A stretch of 64,000 nucleotides of DNA from Octopus vulgaris (taxonomy: Eukaryota). The DNA lies in the NCBI GenBank assembly GCA_951406725.2, contig OX597831.1:29884001-29948000 (forward strand), read 5' to 3'. The first letter of the stretch is position 1, and every line of letters begins with the position of its first letter. Shown piece after piece: positions 28,480 to 43,050 of this stretch. The translations under genes and the position numbers were made by a program. The notes beneath the pieces are model-generated. The model did not search any database. It saw only the letters and a program-made list of their open reading frames with translations, and was not told the origin of the DNA.

Positions 28480-29060
28480 TGTTTTCAGCCATGTTGGTGT
28501 CCACTTTCTTTCTTGGCAACAACCTGCGTATTTCCCATTTGACTTCATCATATTTGTTCACTTTTTCCTTCTTCCTCTTCAATCCTGTTGTCACCAAGGT
28601 ATACTATGTCAATTACCAGGCATATTTTATTTTATTCTGTTCACTACACCAATATCAGGGTGTCGATGTTTTTCTTCTCTTTACTGTTTTTCAATGCATC
28701 ATTATACTTGTTAGTTCTGCAGTTCAAAGTCTCTTCATCAGAAGACATATCCACAATTCGTTTATCAATATGGCTAACGTCTTTAAACAAGAGAAGAAAC
28801 TCTCGTTAAAATATTATGAAATTTCATTAAATTTTTTTATATAGTTTGTGTTTGTATTTATTTCTCATTTGCCACCATCCTGAAGAAGGACCCTGTACAA
28901 AGCGTTTCACTGATCCTACTGTAATTTCTTCTGACCTGGCGGTCTAATGGCTTATTTTAGTTAAAGCTACGGCTTTAATAAGCCTGTCCAGAGTTTCCTC
29001 TCTTCGGTATTTCCCATTGATAACGGCTAAAGAGCTAAAAACCCAGCGTCTGAGAAACGG
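28480..29060 (-). mobile_element. Degraded Penelope-like remnant
   Basis: The minus frame reads IDKRIVDMSSDEETLN...YNDALKNS, resembling the PLE RT-thumb/linker, followed by EVKWEI. Confidence 0.45.
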
Positions 29061-29179
29061 ACGGCGAGGCAGCACTGGGCATATATGATGTTTTTACACC
29101 TTTTTACCATAAGAAAGAATTTTTTCTCTACGGTAACTGCAATGAGCTTGCCTTTAGAAGTTGAAATATGCCACTAACA

Positions 29180-29680
29180 TATTACAAGGTGACCCCCCCC
29201 CACCCCAAAACCAAACAGAACCCACAAATCTTTGAATAAAACGACGTAGAGGGATAGATCGAGATGAACAGTGGTTCCAGCAAAACGAGGCCACCCTACA
29301 CGCATCAAATGACTTCCTATTCTGGCTGAGAGAGCGATTTCAGGAGAGACTGATCGTCAGGAAGTGTGACGTTGAGTGGGTACCGCATTCAACGGACTTG
29401 AACCGCGCAAATTTTTATCTGTGGGAGTATCTCAATGATAATTTTCAACAGAACAATCCTCAAACGAGGCAGCGATCACAGCAGAAATCAGGGAAATCCC
29501 CCAAAAGGAATGTGTTCGAGTAATTGACAATATTGCGCGATGTATGCCATTTGGAGCGTATTTTGAAAGGAACATGATTCTTATGCAAAGGGAATGATCG
29601 TACATAGACCGAAGTTTAAGTCCAGCAAATTTCTTGAAATTTGCTGGACCTATGTAGAAATATAATAAACAAATGCGTCC
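29180..29680 (+). mobile_element. IS630/Tc1/mariner transposase C-terminal remnant
   Basis: Encodes WFQQNEATLH...LRERF..RLI....EWVPHSTDLN..NFYLWEYL, degenerate WFQQDGA and WPPRSPDL motifs. Confidence 0.7.
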
Positions 29681-30002
29681 TTTTTAATGCCTAGCCAGGC
29701 TCATGGGCCCGGTTTCCCGGTTTCTATGGCGTATGTGCTCCCCAGCTGGACGTGACGCTAGTCCATTGCAGCGTTACTCATTTTTGCCAGCTGAGTGGAC
29801 TGGAGCAACGTGAAATGAAGTGTTTTGCTCAAGAGCATAACGCGTCGCCCGGTCCAGGAATCGAAACCACAATCTCTCTATATATATATGTAAACATATA
29901 TATACGTACATATTTATATATACATAAATAAAAACAATGACAACGATAACTACCACGACTACCCATCACCATCACCACCACCACTACCACCATACTCACC
30001 AC

Positions 30003-30034
<32 letters not shown>

Positions 30035-31276
30035 GCGCTACTTCAATCGTCACTACCACCTCTACCACCGCCACCTCCACCACTGTTCCTTTAATCAAAT
30101 TTTAACTTTATTTCCCATGTGAATTACAAAGTAGATTAAACGTTGTTACTATTGTAATTACTATTGTTAATAACAAGGTTACTACTACTACTACTACGAC
30201 TACCACTTCTTCTTCTTCTTCTTCTGCTGCTGCTGCTGCTACTGTTGCTGTTGTTGCTGCGGTTACATTTGCTGTTTTAGGTCTAGATGGCGCTGTTGGC
30301 ATTGCGTCACCCTTTTCATCAATTCAGACAAAAAAACATAGCAATAATACTCTTCATCGTCATCGCCATCATCACCATCATCATCATCATCATCATCACC
30401 ACCGACAGCACCATCATCACCATTGTCGTCAACAACAACAACAATACGAACGTCTTTATTGTTAGTTATTAATTTTAGCCCCTGTTTATCCCTGATTAGG
30501 CAGATGGCTATCCCATCGTAGAAATATTATACCAGATAGTTCAAGGGGTTCATTGCTTTCCTTAAGACGATATAGTGTGGTTAGAGAGTATTTAGCTGCT
30601 ATTTCTAGTGATACCCTCCTTCCTTAGATCAGTTTTTTCTGGAATTAATTTGACGTTACACAGTATGATCTCCCCTCAACAAAACTCCCTACTGTTTGTA
30701 AAATAAGGGCTGCATGGGTCATTGAAGGAGCTTGTATGTAGCCATTGAATCTGTCATTACCACCACTCACTGGTGTTGGTGGCAGTGAAGGAAGTGGTAA
30801 TGATGGTGGAATTGATGATGATGATGATGATGATGGTGGTGATGAACTCTAGAAGTATTTTTGCATATTAATTGCATGGATAATCTCAGTTAATCAAACA
30901 TAGCCAGGAACTGCTTCATTTCTCATTAAACAACACTTTCCAAGCGCACATAAATACCACAAGCACTTTAACGTCCGTAATGTTAACGCTAGTTAACCCT
31001 GTCTAGGCAGGATTGCTTCTAACATTGCACACTATTACAGAGAAAAAAAGCATACAACTATGCAGCTCTCGAGTTCGTAAAGTGACTGAATCGTTAGTTT
31101 AAACTCACGTCGTTCTGAGTTCACATCCCGCGGAGGTGAACTGTTTGCTGTTTGCATTTCGTCGTTTCAGTGTTGATTAAAACGTAACAGTTCAAAGCCA
31201 TAGATTGTTCGAAATGTTGAACGGAAGATTATATATATATAATCCGTTCTGTCTGTCTGTCGGTGTGTGTGTCTGT

Positions 31277-31325
<49 letters not shown>

Positions 31326-32168
31326 TTCTAGGATATTGGGAATCCTACATTCGATTGCGCTCAAATTTGATATGTAGATACTGACGGTATCAGGGCGTGT
31401 ATAAGTCTTGAAAAAATTACAAAAATCGATTTCAGGTGAGAATGCGATCGATAAAGCCGTGGGAAGGTGCATTTGTACGCGCAAGTACATCAGCTGTTGC
31501 GATCAATACTACGCGTACGCAAGAAAGATGCACATGCAGTTTGCGCAAAAAAAGCTGGCTGGCCTGAAATAATGCCACAAAATGGGACGGTCGGACAAGT
31601 TGTTTTGAGAACATTTGGTTTAAATGTTTGACAACTCAGCACCGTCCATTAAAAAAGAGTAAAAGAGATATCTAGATTCCTCATGATGATTTCTAAAAGC
31701 AAAGTATGGTTTTTGTGAGGATGTTTCAACCGAAGTCCAAGACAATATCTGCTATACGCGAAAACCAAACTCATTGTAGGTATCTTTCGATTTCCTCAAT
31801 TCCAACCATGGCTTCCGCATTCATGTTACTGCAGATTGGATTCCATATGGAAAGATCAAAATTCTTTCATACCAACCAGGCTAAATCGACAGATTACTTT
31901 CTTCTCAATAACGCATTTAATTTAATTATTTATGTATGTTTGTATATATGTATGTATGTATGTATGTATGCATGCATGCACGGATGTATGCATGTATGTA
32001 TGTATGTATACATACATATATATATATATATATACATATGCATTAGTCATGTATGCATGTATGCATGACTGCATGTATACCTATACATAATGTATATGTA
32101 TGTACATATATATCTATACATAATATATATGCATGTACATATACATATATATATATATATATTCACAG

Positions 32169-32227
<59 letters not shown>

Positions 32228-32230
<3 letters not shown>

Positions 32231-32625
32231 TATTATAAAAGGCAGATTTTATCTGCCTCCCTTTGGGAGTTATACAAATCTACAATATAGGATTTCTTCA
32301 ATTACAATTTACCTAGCAGTTTTAAGAGTACAATGCATCGCGTCATGCCAGGTCCAGTTTTTAAAATTTAAACTCCAATTAAGCAAAATTTACAGAAAAC
32401 TCACATTCTGGTGTGTGTGTGTCAAATGCTTTTCTTAGTCTGGTTTACACCACACGCAAACGCACACACACAGTGGGCAACGAATAAAATGAAAATAAAT
32501 AGCGACAGAGTGATTTGAGGAAGACTAAAGTGAAAGTATTCTGTCTATGACGCTGATAGATACATGAGTAAAATGTATGGGAAGCTAAGAGCTAAGAGTG
32601 AGTGAAAATGTTCTTGGAAGAGAGT
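32228..32625 (+). mobile_element. Possible Helitron 5' fragment (different family)
   Basis: Starts a|tcttattataaaag with an early hairpin ggcaga..tctgcc. No 3' end seen. Confidence 0.35.
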
Positions 32626-33014
32626 AATTAGTAATAAAGTAAACATACACTCATATATACATACATACATACATACATACATACATACATACATACATAC
32701 ACACACACACATATACACACACACATACATACACACACACATACATACATACATACACACATACATACATACATACATACATATACATACATACATACAT
32801 ATACATACATACATACACACACACACATACACACACACACAGTATTGAAGCTTGAGAACAATCAGATACATTTGCAACACATCTGTTGAAAATATTATTG
32901 TTCACACACATACATATACATATATACATACAGACAGACAGACAGATAGACACACACACACACATGATCCAGCATGGCCACAACCTCAAGGCTGAAACAT
33001 ATAAAACAATAACA

Positions 33015-33385
33015 GAATATAAATGTGTGCAAAGTACAAGAAATTTTAATGCAGTATATGGGGATTGGACAATAAGCGTAAGGCAGTGTCAATGGTGGTT
33101 CCAGAAATCCCGAGCCATAAACTACAGCCAAGAAGACGAGCCTCATCCTGAAAGATCTGTAGAACTCGACAAGGACATCCTGAAAACCCTGGTGGAACAA
33201 AATATCATCGTAACTGTTGAGGAACTAGCAGAGAAGCTTGGATTTGGTCATTCAACCATTCATTGACACCTGTGTGCTATCGGAAAAGTCAGCAAATTGG
33301 GTCAATGGGTTCCTCACGAACTTTCCGAGTCTAATTGCATACAGAGAGTGAATGTATGCTTTTCTTTGCTGTCATATCTCACCAC
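33015..33385 (+). mobile_element. Mariner transposase N-terminal remnant
   Basis: HTH region AVYG..ISVRQCQWWF...ELAEKLGFGHSTIH, a stop, then KLGQWVPHEL motif. Ends near the Helitron insertion. Confidence 0.85.
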
Positions 33386-33401
33386 TACTGCGCTATGTAT
33401 T

Positions 33402-34037
33402 TCTATATATATAAAACTGTAGTTGTGTGAGTGTCTGTCCCCTTCGATTTAGATTCCTAACTACTCCCACATTTTGCGGTACAGTTTAACCAAATTCGGG
33501 TAGCTTATAGTCGTGATTCATATCGAGCCCGTCTGAATATTAGCGCGCGTCTACGATGAGTCTACGATTTTAAAAATAATTTAACATCATTTTTTATTCC
33601 ATTTTAATGCATAATTTTTCGTGTTTCGATGGCGGCGGAGTTGGCGTCCACGCTCACACCTGCACCTGTGGGGAAGGGAGTGTAAGGAAATCAACGTCGT
33701 AATGCGTTGTCAAGGAGACCAGTGTTCTTTTAGAACAACGACTTCATGGCTTGAAGACACCAAAACAGAAATGGCTAAGAAAGCGTCTACATGAGTCTAC
33801 GATTTAAAAAAAAATTTACCATCGTTTTTTTTCCATTTTAATGCATTTTTTCGCTATTATGTAAGGGAAGTAACTCTCTAAAAATGTCTACGATGAGTCA
33901 ACGATTTAAAAAAAAATTTACCATCATATTTTTTCCATTTTTAATGCATTTTTTGCTATTTTTTTGCTATAACTCTCTAAAAATGCTTATATAGTTATTT
34001 CCCTTACAAACCCGAGCAACGCCGGGCGATACTGCAG
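33402..34037 (+). mobile_element. Non-autonomous Helitron, same family, with extra internal segment
   Basis: 5' TC, same body as 23492-23885, hairpin cccgagcaacgccggg, 3' end gcag|t. Carries three internal ctacgatgagtc subrepeats versus two in the other copy. Confidence 0.75.
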
Positions 34038-34241
34038 TATATATATAGTATATATATATATATATATATATACGTATAGAGAGAGAAAGAGGAAGCAGGG
34101 AGACATTGTAACAAACACAAAAATATATGTACCCACCTCTTCAAATGATTACGTCATCCAATATACAAATATATTAATTAAAACTGTAGTTAATTATAAA
34201 TTTATGCATGTATATGTACATATGATATATGATACATACAA

Positions 34242-34294
<53 letters not shown>

Positions 34295-34430
34295 GGTATG
34301 GAGGTATGTATGTGTAATTAGGAATATATAAAATGCCTTAGATATCATTTAATACCCTTATGTAAATTAAGTTATATATTATTCTTTCAAGTATAACTTT
34401 CCGTGCGCATGTGTATAAATAATATATATA

Positions 34431-34500
<70 letters not shown>

Positions 34501-34575
34501 TATGTATAACATGTATAGACATAGGTATTATGTGTGTGTGTGAAGTGTTTTATATGATACATAATCGAATCGAAA

Positions 34576-34634
<59 letters not shown>

Positions 34635-34989
34635 TCCACTTATTTCTTTTTCTTTTTTTTTTCTTTTTCTAACAACTTTCGTTGCGTCTCACAACCTTTT
34701 CAATACACACACATACATAAAAACACACAAACACGGACATACACACATACATAAATATATACATATGCACACAGACACACACACACGCTGATCCACACGC
34801 ATGCGCACAAACTAAAAAGAACGCAGTGTGAATAACGGACAGAGTCAAAACTATTGAAAAGGTTGCAAGACGCAACGAAAATTTTAGAAAAATAAAATAA
34901 AATAATATAAAAAGAAATCAGTGGAAATTTTACCGGTGAGTGTGTTAAATTATATATATACACATATACATATATGTATATACATATAT

Positions 34990-35042
<53 letters not shown>

Positions 35043-35555
35043 ATATAGGGTAACAAAAAATTCAAGAAAAATTTTCTGCCACCAGCGGTCAAGTGAGAAA
35101 ATAGAAATAGTCACAGACTATATGATACATTCAACAAAATATTAAGGAATGACCCTGAGAAGGTCGTTCGACTCACTTGAAAAGAGCAGCTAAAACTCAA
35201 AACCGCAAAAAATAGTAATTCTGAAACTAGAGGAAAATAAAAAACATTTATCCCCTTCAAACTTTGTACTCTGCAAGGTTTCAACATTTTCACGCAATCA
35301 AATTAAATTAAATTAAATTAAATACGTTTACGCTTGGCTTGTCTCGTCAGCAAAGTCACCAAAATAGGAGGCAGATATATATACACAGGCTACACCATCT
35401 AAGCCTCGGATCTATATATCGTAAAAATTCACCGTAATCGCGCCATCTACACCGCAGCAAATATAATTCTAGTAATTCTAGTTTCAGAATTACGGTTTTG
35501 AGTTTTAGCTGCTCTTTTCAAGTGAGTCGAACGACCTTCTCAGGTCATTCCTTAA

Positions 35556-35687
<132 letters not shown>

Positions 35688-36224
35688 TATATATATGTAT
35701 ATATATATTCATATATAAATATATATATATATGTGTGTCTATGTATATATTTATATATATGTGTATATATGTTTGTGTGTATACACGTATATGTAGATGC
35801 CTATGCATGTATGTATGTATATTTATATATATGTATGTGTGTATGTGTATACATATTTTTGAGCATAAGTGTGCAAACGTACATATATGTATAACCAAAA
35901 AGGAACTCAACAATTAAATTGAAGATTAAATATTTTAATTATTAGCTGGATATCCGGTTGCTTTAACATAAATATATATGCATATATATACAAGATAAGA
36001 AAATGGAGAAATACATCTAAATCAAATATCAATTACCAGATAATACTCAATCACATACTTTATTAAACCACCACATAAGATAAATATAAAAAGCAGAACA
36101 AATCAGTGTACATAAAAGAATGTACATAAAAAAGTGTACATAAAAGAGTAATGTTGTATAATAATTAGAATATATATAAAAAAGAATATAAATACAAGTA
36201 AATATAAATATAAGTATAAATTAG

Positions 36225-36351
36225 ATCTTACAGCTGTTTCGGCCATGTCGATAATTATGTCTCATTTTACCAATATTAGCCCGTTATGGTTGGTCAAAAT
36301 ATAGATATAAATGAGACATTAACAAAAATATCACAAGGCCTCTTCGGAGAT
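36225..36351 (-). ncRNA. Minimal type-I hammerhead ribozyme remnant (Penelope-associated type)
   Basis: The minus strand reads ATCT-CCGAAGA-GGCC-(long loop)-GGCC-GAAA-CAGCTG-TA-AGAT. Core U4 is replaced by C. Confidence 0.6.
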
Positions 36352-36618
36352 TATGTAATATAACACAGTCTACACATATACCCACATGGGTGTGGATGCG
36401 TACCCACAATACAACATATATATATACATATGAGTGCATATACTCACACTCCTATACATATAAAAAATATACATTTACATAATGATATAAATAAATAATA
36501 TAAATTAGTAAACACATATATATGTTCCACACCCAATGTCTCAGTTTTTCGACTTAATATTGTGATAATAAACATACACAAATTAATACCTAGATGTAAA
36601 TATCTATCTCAATTTGTA

Positions 36619-36666
<48 letters not shown>

Positions 36667-36756
36667 TATACATACACAGATATATATACACACACATATA
36701 TATATGTATATATATGTATATCTATATTTATATCTATCTATATACATACATGCATG

Positions 36757-36897
<141 letters not shown>

Positions 36898-37282
36898 TTA
36901 AGATTCGGCAGCTTGTGAGGTCGATCTAATTTGCAAACCCAAACGATATCAAATGAATATCAAACTCTGTGCAGAAGTGTTTGCACTTGATATTCGTGCA
37001 GTGTATGCAGAGAACAGGACCCAACTTAGTGAAAAGATCCGCTCTCGGTTATTCAGACGTGTACTTTATATAAAAATACAAAAATTACTTTCTATAAAAT
37101 TTCCAAAATGCAGATTCCAGGGAAGGTGAATAAAATCTAAATAAAATATAAATGAATAACAAAGATGTACAGTCGTCAATTCATTACGGCCGTTTCAAGT
37201 GACTCCTTTAATTGGCTAAGACAAACATTGCATCATTGCAAAGAAACTGTTTCCGTCATACATACATACATACATACATACA

Positions 37283-37379
<97 letters not shown>

Positions 37380-37542
37380 GTGTACATTTAAACACAAGAG
37401 AAACCACCTATAACAGGTAATTTTACACGTTAGAAGAAGCAGTCAGAACGATCAAAACCACATTTAAGAGCAATTTCGAAGGGAATGAAAAATAAAAACT
37501 TTTACCTTGTTATTTTTTTTTACCTTGATTATCAATTGCCTG

Positions 37543-37890
37543 TTACTTGTTTCATTCATTAGACTACGGCCATGCTGATGCACCAACCTAAAGAATTTTA
37601 GTCGAATGAATTGACCCCATTACTTTTTGAAGCTTGATATCGTAAACACACCAACTCCGGTTGTCAAGCGGTGGTGGTGATTGGGCAAATGCAGTCACAA
37701 AGATACACGAACATACATACATACATACATACATATACGGCAGACTTCTTTCCGTTACCATTTGCCAAACACACTCATAAAGCATTGTTTGGTCTGGGGC
37801 TATAGTAGAAGTCACTTGCGCAAGGCGTCAGGCTGTGTCACTGAACCCGGAACCCTGTCTTTGAGAAGTAAACCTCTTACAACGCCGCTA
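37543..37890 (-). mobile_element. SINE family 1, diverged
   Basis: Degenerate match to family 1. Confidence 0.7.
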
Positions 37891-37898
37891 TACTTGTA

Positions 37899-38020
<122 letters not shown>

Positions 38021-38531
38021 CATACTTTTATGGATATTCTGTGCAACAGAAGTAATATGAGACTGTAATAAAAATGTGTCCCATACTTAATGTAAATCCA
38101 TATCAAAACCAAATGTTTTACGGTATTCATTATGTGACAATATTTCTTATGGGTGTGCTATGTTAAAAAACACGATATATATCAGAGGCTGGCGGTTGAG
38201 AAAGCTAGATATGCATTTCTGCCTCCCTGCGTGTCGTCAATACTATGCAATCACAGCCAATCGCATGCTCTACTGCAGGGAATTGTGAATATATTTTTTT
38301 AAATGTTTGCTGTTTAATGGAAGTCAGAATAAGTGTGTATAAATCAAAGATGGTGTAGGTTTCTACGAGCCATCAATATTTGTATGAGATATAAAACGGC
38401 CTATGGCTGATCAGTTGTTAACTTTGAACGAGGAAATTTGTGGATGGAGGAAGGAGGTATTCAATTAAATTTCAAAAGTAGCTTTTTTTTTTCATCTTCT
38501 TTGTATTTTTAAGATTTCACCTTCATCCATG

Positions 38532-38596
<65 letters not shown>

Positions 38597-38599
<3 letters not shown>

Positions 38600-38905
38600 A
38601 GGCGCAATGGCCTAGTGGTTAGGGCAGCGGACTCGCGGTCGCAGGATCGCGGTTTCGATTCCCAGACCGGGCTTTGTGAGTGTTTATTGAGCGAAAACAC
38701 CTAAAAGCTCCACGAGGCTCCGGCAGTGGGTAGTGACGATCCCTGCTGTACTCTTTCACCACTCATTCTCTCACTCTTTCTTCTGTTGGCCTGCTCGCTT
38801 AGCCAGCAGGGTGGCGTCATTCGAAGGTTAAAACAATGCGAACGCATTGTGACCAGCGATGTGTAACAACATCTGATAGTCTGGTCGGTCACGTGATCAC
38901 GTGAT
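38597..38905 (+). mobile_element. SINE family 2, tail type B
   Basis: Same head as 25282-25661; tail ends tcacgtgatcacgtga. Further copies at 40488-40795 (+) and 9000-9118 (-, tail only). Confidence 0.88.
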
Positions 38906-39527
38906 ATATATATATTCATTAGACTACGGCCATTCTGATGCACCAACCTAAAGAATTTTACCAAATATATACGTTTTATTTATTATTTTGCACATTACAT
39001 AATCATCGATATATTATTGTTATTTTATATTTAATATTTCTAGATGGTGTAATTTAATTTTTCATTTTGAATTGATAAAAGGTGTTTTTTTTTATAATTT
39101 TGTGAAATTTGATTTAGTATTTCTAAATTGAATTTTTCCCTGTAAGTTAGGAATAATATTCCCTCAAATTAATATTATTATTATATGTGTGTGTGTGTGG
39201 TTATGTGTGTGTGTGTGGTGTATGTGTGTGTATGTATAGGGAAGAAAAAAAGCGAAAATGCACATTCGATATCGCAAAAAATAAAGCCTTTTTTGTGAAA
39301 AGTAATGATCAATATATACAATTAGATGAACTGAGGTAGAATTAAGAGGAATAGAAGTCATTATTATGAATTGTTAAAGGGATTCAAAAGCTTTTATTTT
39401 TTTTATACCCGATGTGCAGTTTCGCTTGTTTTTTCTTCTTACTTTCCCCATGTCTTTTCCACGTGTAGTTTCTATTTTCTTTTTGAAACATATTTCTATT
39501 ATATATATATATACACACACATATGTA

Positions 39528-39624
<97 letters not shown>

Positions 39625-40054
39625 GTATGTATGTATGTATATATATATGCATGTATATAGAGAAAATAGAACTTTATCTATGCAATAAAAAGAAAGAAAA
39701 AAGAAAAGTAAGTAGAACTTAATTCACATTCTTTCACATTGAAGTTGGAGGGATGATAATAAAAGAGCGAATGATGGGTAATGATGATTCCAGTTATTGT
39801 ACAGACAAGTATCAAACCTATAAACTAGCTATAAATTAAAATGATACAATTAAATAATTCCAGTTGTCTTTTTTGTTTCAAATATTACAATAATTCAACA
39901 CTTAAAAGGAAGGGAAAGCGACTTGACTTTTCGGAGGATGGTCTTTCATTATACATGCGATTTGAGTAAATTTGCGCTATATTCACCACCTTTCACATTG
40001 ATATAAACCAATAACTATTGTGCCTAATCTATTTCTTCTTTTTCTATTTCCCAG

Positions 40055-40206
40055 TTGCCTTACCATGTATCATTCTGGAAGCGGTCGGTAAACCATTTGA
40101 ACGTGGTTTCTACTGTAACGACGAGAGTATAATGTACCCATACCATGACAGTACAATTTCAATCAGCGTGTTGGTTGTTGTTGGTACAGGGCTTAATATT
40201 ATAGCA
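40055..40206 (+). CDS. PLPP: PAP2/LPP phospholipid phosphatase (PLPP/wunen-like), coding exon 2
   Basis: Acceptor tttcccag| and donor |gtatgt; 152 nt, phase 1 to 0. Encodes (V)ALPCIILEAVGKPFERGFYCNDESIMYPYHDSTISISVLVVVGTGLNIIA, which contains the LPP hallmark PFxRGFYCxDxSIxYPY. Confidence 0.95.
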
Positions 40207-40432
40207 GTATGTATTACTTTTGCAACATATTTTATCTGTTGTTGTTGTTATCCACTTATTGATATTCCTTTTGATGTTATATTTACTTATCAAAGGTGGC
40301 GAGCTAGCAGAATGGTTAGCGGTATTTGGTCTGTTGTTTCGCTCTGAGTTCAAATTCCACCGAGGTCGACTTTGCCTTTTATCTTTTCGAAGTCGATAAA
40401 TTATACACTGGGATCGATGTACCTTTTGTAGA

Positions 40433-40489
<57 letters not shown>

Positions 40490-40813
40490 GACCCAGTGGT
40501 TAGGGCAGCGGACTCGCGGTCGTAGGATTGCGCTTTCGATTCCCAGACCAGGTGTTGTAAGTGTTTATTGAGCGAAAACACCTAAAAGCTCTACGAGGCT
40601 CCGGCAGGGGGGGGGGGTGCCGATCCCTGCTGCACTCGTTTGCCACAACTTTTCTCTCACTCTTCCTTCTGTTGGCCTGCACGCTTAGCCAGCGGGATGG
40701 CGTCATTTGAAGGCTAGAACAATGCGAAGCGCATTGTGGCCATCGATGTGCAGCAACATCTGATAGCCTGGTCGGTCACGGTGGTCACGGTGATTATTTT
40801 ATCATCATCATCA

Positions 40814-40874
<61 letters not shown>

Positions 40875-41819
40875 CATCTAAGGCGGCGAGCTGGTAGAAG
40901 CTCTTTCACGAAATGCTTTGCGACATTTCGTCCGTCTTTACATTCCGAGTTCAAATTCTGCCGAAGTTGACTTTGCCATTCATCTCCTTTCGAAGTCGAT
41001 ATAATAAGTACCAGTTGATTCCCTAAGGCAGATATTTACGATTATACTTAACCAATATCTGGCATTTCCTGCAGTTCCATGGACTCGTCTTTCTTTCGTG
41101 GCAGGTGTACATGGAGCGAGACGCTTGCATATAGAAACGGCCGAGATACAGCAGAGGTGCTTCCGTTACTGCCTTTGTAATAACATCAACCAACGATGGA
41201 AAAGGCCAACAATTATCACCATAGCTCTCTTTGAGACAACTTTCTTCTAGCCATTCTTACGGCCTTCTTCACTGTCCGCTTACTCTCTTTGAAATTAGTA
41301 ACATTGTTTTAAATTTTTTATTTGTAATTTTAATCACTTTGGAAATAAGCCCTATAACACCACGTGACAAAATTTTAACTTTTTATATTTTAATTTATAT
41401 TTTCAATTATTTATTTATTTACTCATTTATTTATATATTTGCTTTTATCTTTGGTCAGTAGGTGTTATTTCCTATTTGCTTCTTTCTGTCTAGAAATCAA
41501 AGGAAGTGACTACTATTCCCTTCAAACTTTACTTTTGTAGCCTGGACACCAATGTTTTGAAAGTGATCAGATAGATTCAGCGCTGAGTTGCCGAAGCAGA
41601 AACATCGTTATAGCAAATATTCTGCTCAATGCCACAGATTTGCTTGTCAGTTGCTTGACCTTAACCACTGGAACATGTCCCTTAGTAGCTGATAATATGC
41701 GCATCTCTGATCACGAGCAGGAGCGGTGAGGGAGCATCATAACCATGTATTGAGAGGGATTTTTTGTGGTTTGAACAAATGCAAAAAAAAACAAAGTTTG
41801 AATGAAATATAAGCTATTT

Positions 41820-42050
41820 TAAGGCGGCGAGCTGGCAGAAACGTTAGCATGCCGGGCGAAATTATTGGCAGTATTTCTTCTGCCGCTACGTTCTGAGTTC
41901 AAATTCCGCCGAGTTCGACTTTGCCTTTCATCCTTTCGGGGTCGATTAAATACGTACCAGTTACGTACTGGGGTCGATGTAATCGATTTAGTCCCTTTGT
42001 CTGTCCTCGTTTGTCCCCTCTATGTTTAGCCCCTTGTGGGCAATAAAGAA
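41820..42050 (+). mobile_element. SINE family 3, full length
   Basis: Match to the 49430-49665 copy. Others at 1-163 (-), 40292-40435 and 40878-41020. Candidate TSD tgaa(a)tataagctattt on both sides. Confidence 0.88.
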
Positions 42051-42655
42051 TTGAATATAAGCTATTTCCATGTTTTCTAAGGTGAAGCAAATAGAAAATA
42101 ACAGTTGCGACCCAGAGACAAAAATCGTGTTGAACCAAGGGAAACAAACGAAGACTGTAAAAACATAATTATCTCCCCTACAATGCATTGTATATGAGAA
42201 AAAACAAACAGTTCTAAATTTGCCAGTTAAATGATTAAACGTGTGTGTGATGATCTGATGATTATCACCTATAACAGGGATAAAATGCATTCTGCTTTTA
42301 TTTTTAATAACGATGAAAGCAGCATCAACCCGCCAGCTGTATTTCGGCACTAGTGACTTGTTGATTACTTATTTTTCTATATCAGTAGTTACGAAACTAG
42401 TCTAAACATTCAGTTAATCCGGGATAATTGCTACTGATGACGCGCAGGTACACAGAAATTCCGCATCTGACAAATTCCGTCGTCGCTACTGGACGCTTTT
42501 CGTTTGCTATCGATATGTCTGTGCGGGAAGCTTTCTCAAGAGAAATACCACAGCATTGTGGCTTTCTTACAGTATAATCACGTTAAGTAGGTTATACAGA
42601 ATGTATGTATGTGTGTATGCATGTATAACATATACATATGTATGTATTATATAAA

Positions 42656-42711
<56 letters not shown>

Positions 42712-42714
<3 letters not shown>

Positions 42715-43050
42715 CGCAGGAGTGTGGTAAGTAGCGTGGGCAAGTGTCTTCTGCTATAGCCCCGGGTCGACCAAAGCCTTGTGAGTGGATTTGGTAGACG
42801 GAAACTGAAAGAAGCCTGTCGTATATATGTATATATATGTGTGTGTTTGTGTGTCTGTGTTTGTCCCCCTAGCATTGCTTGACAACTGATGCTGGTGTGT
42901 TTACGTCCCCGTCACTTAGCGGTTCGGCAAAAAGACACCAATAGAATAAGTACTGGGCTTACAAAGAATAAGTCTCGGGGTCGATTTGCTCGACTAAAGG
43001 CGGTGCTCCAGCATGGCCGCAGTCAAATGACTGAAACAAGTAAAAGAGTA
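42712..43050 (+). mobile_element. SINE family 1 with deletion in head
   Basis: Match to family 1, inserted in (TA)n. Confidence 0.88.

Noticed and set aside
30200-30848. Minus-strand exons (MPTAPSRPKTA...; SSSPPS...LILQT)
   Set aside because: Largely trinucleotide-repeat derived, with weak acceptors and ambiguous donors.
31436-31572. Cys-rich terminal exon ENAIDKAVGRCICTRKYISCC...
   Set aside because: No pyrimidine tract, no partner exons, and the context resembles a DNA-transposon remnant.
36953-37129. MNIKLCAEVFALDI... as PLPP exon 1
   Set aside because: Superficial similarity only; no phase-1 donor at the expected position.
38597-38672. tRNA-Arg gene
   Set aside because: SINE head; no proper acceptor stem and it continues into a multi-copy SINE body.
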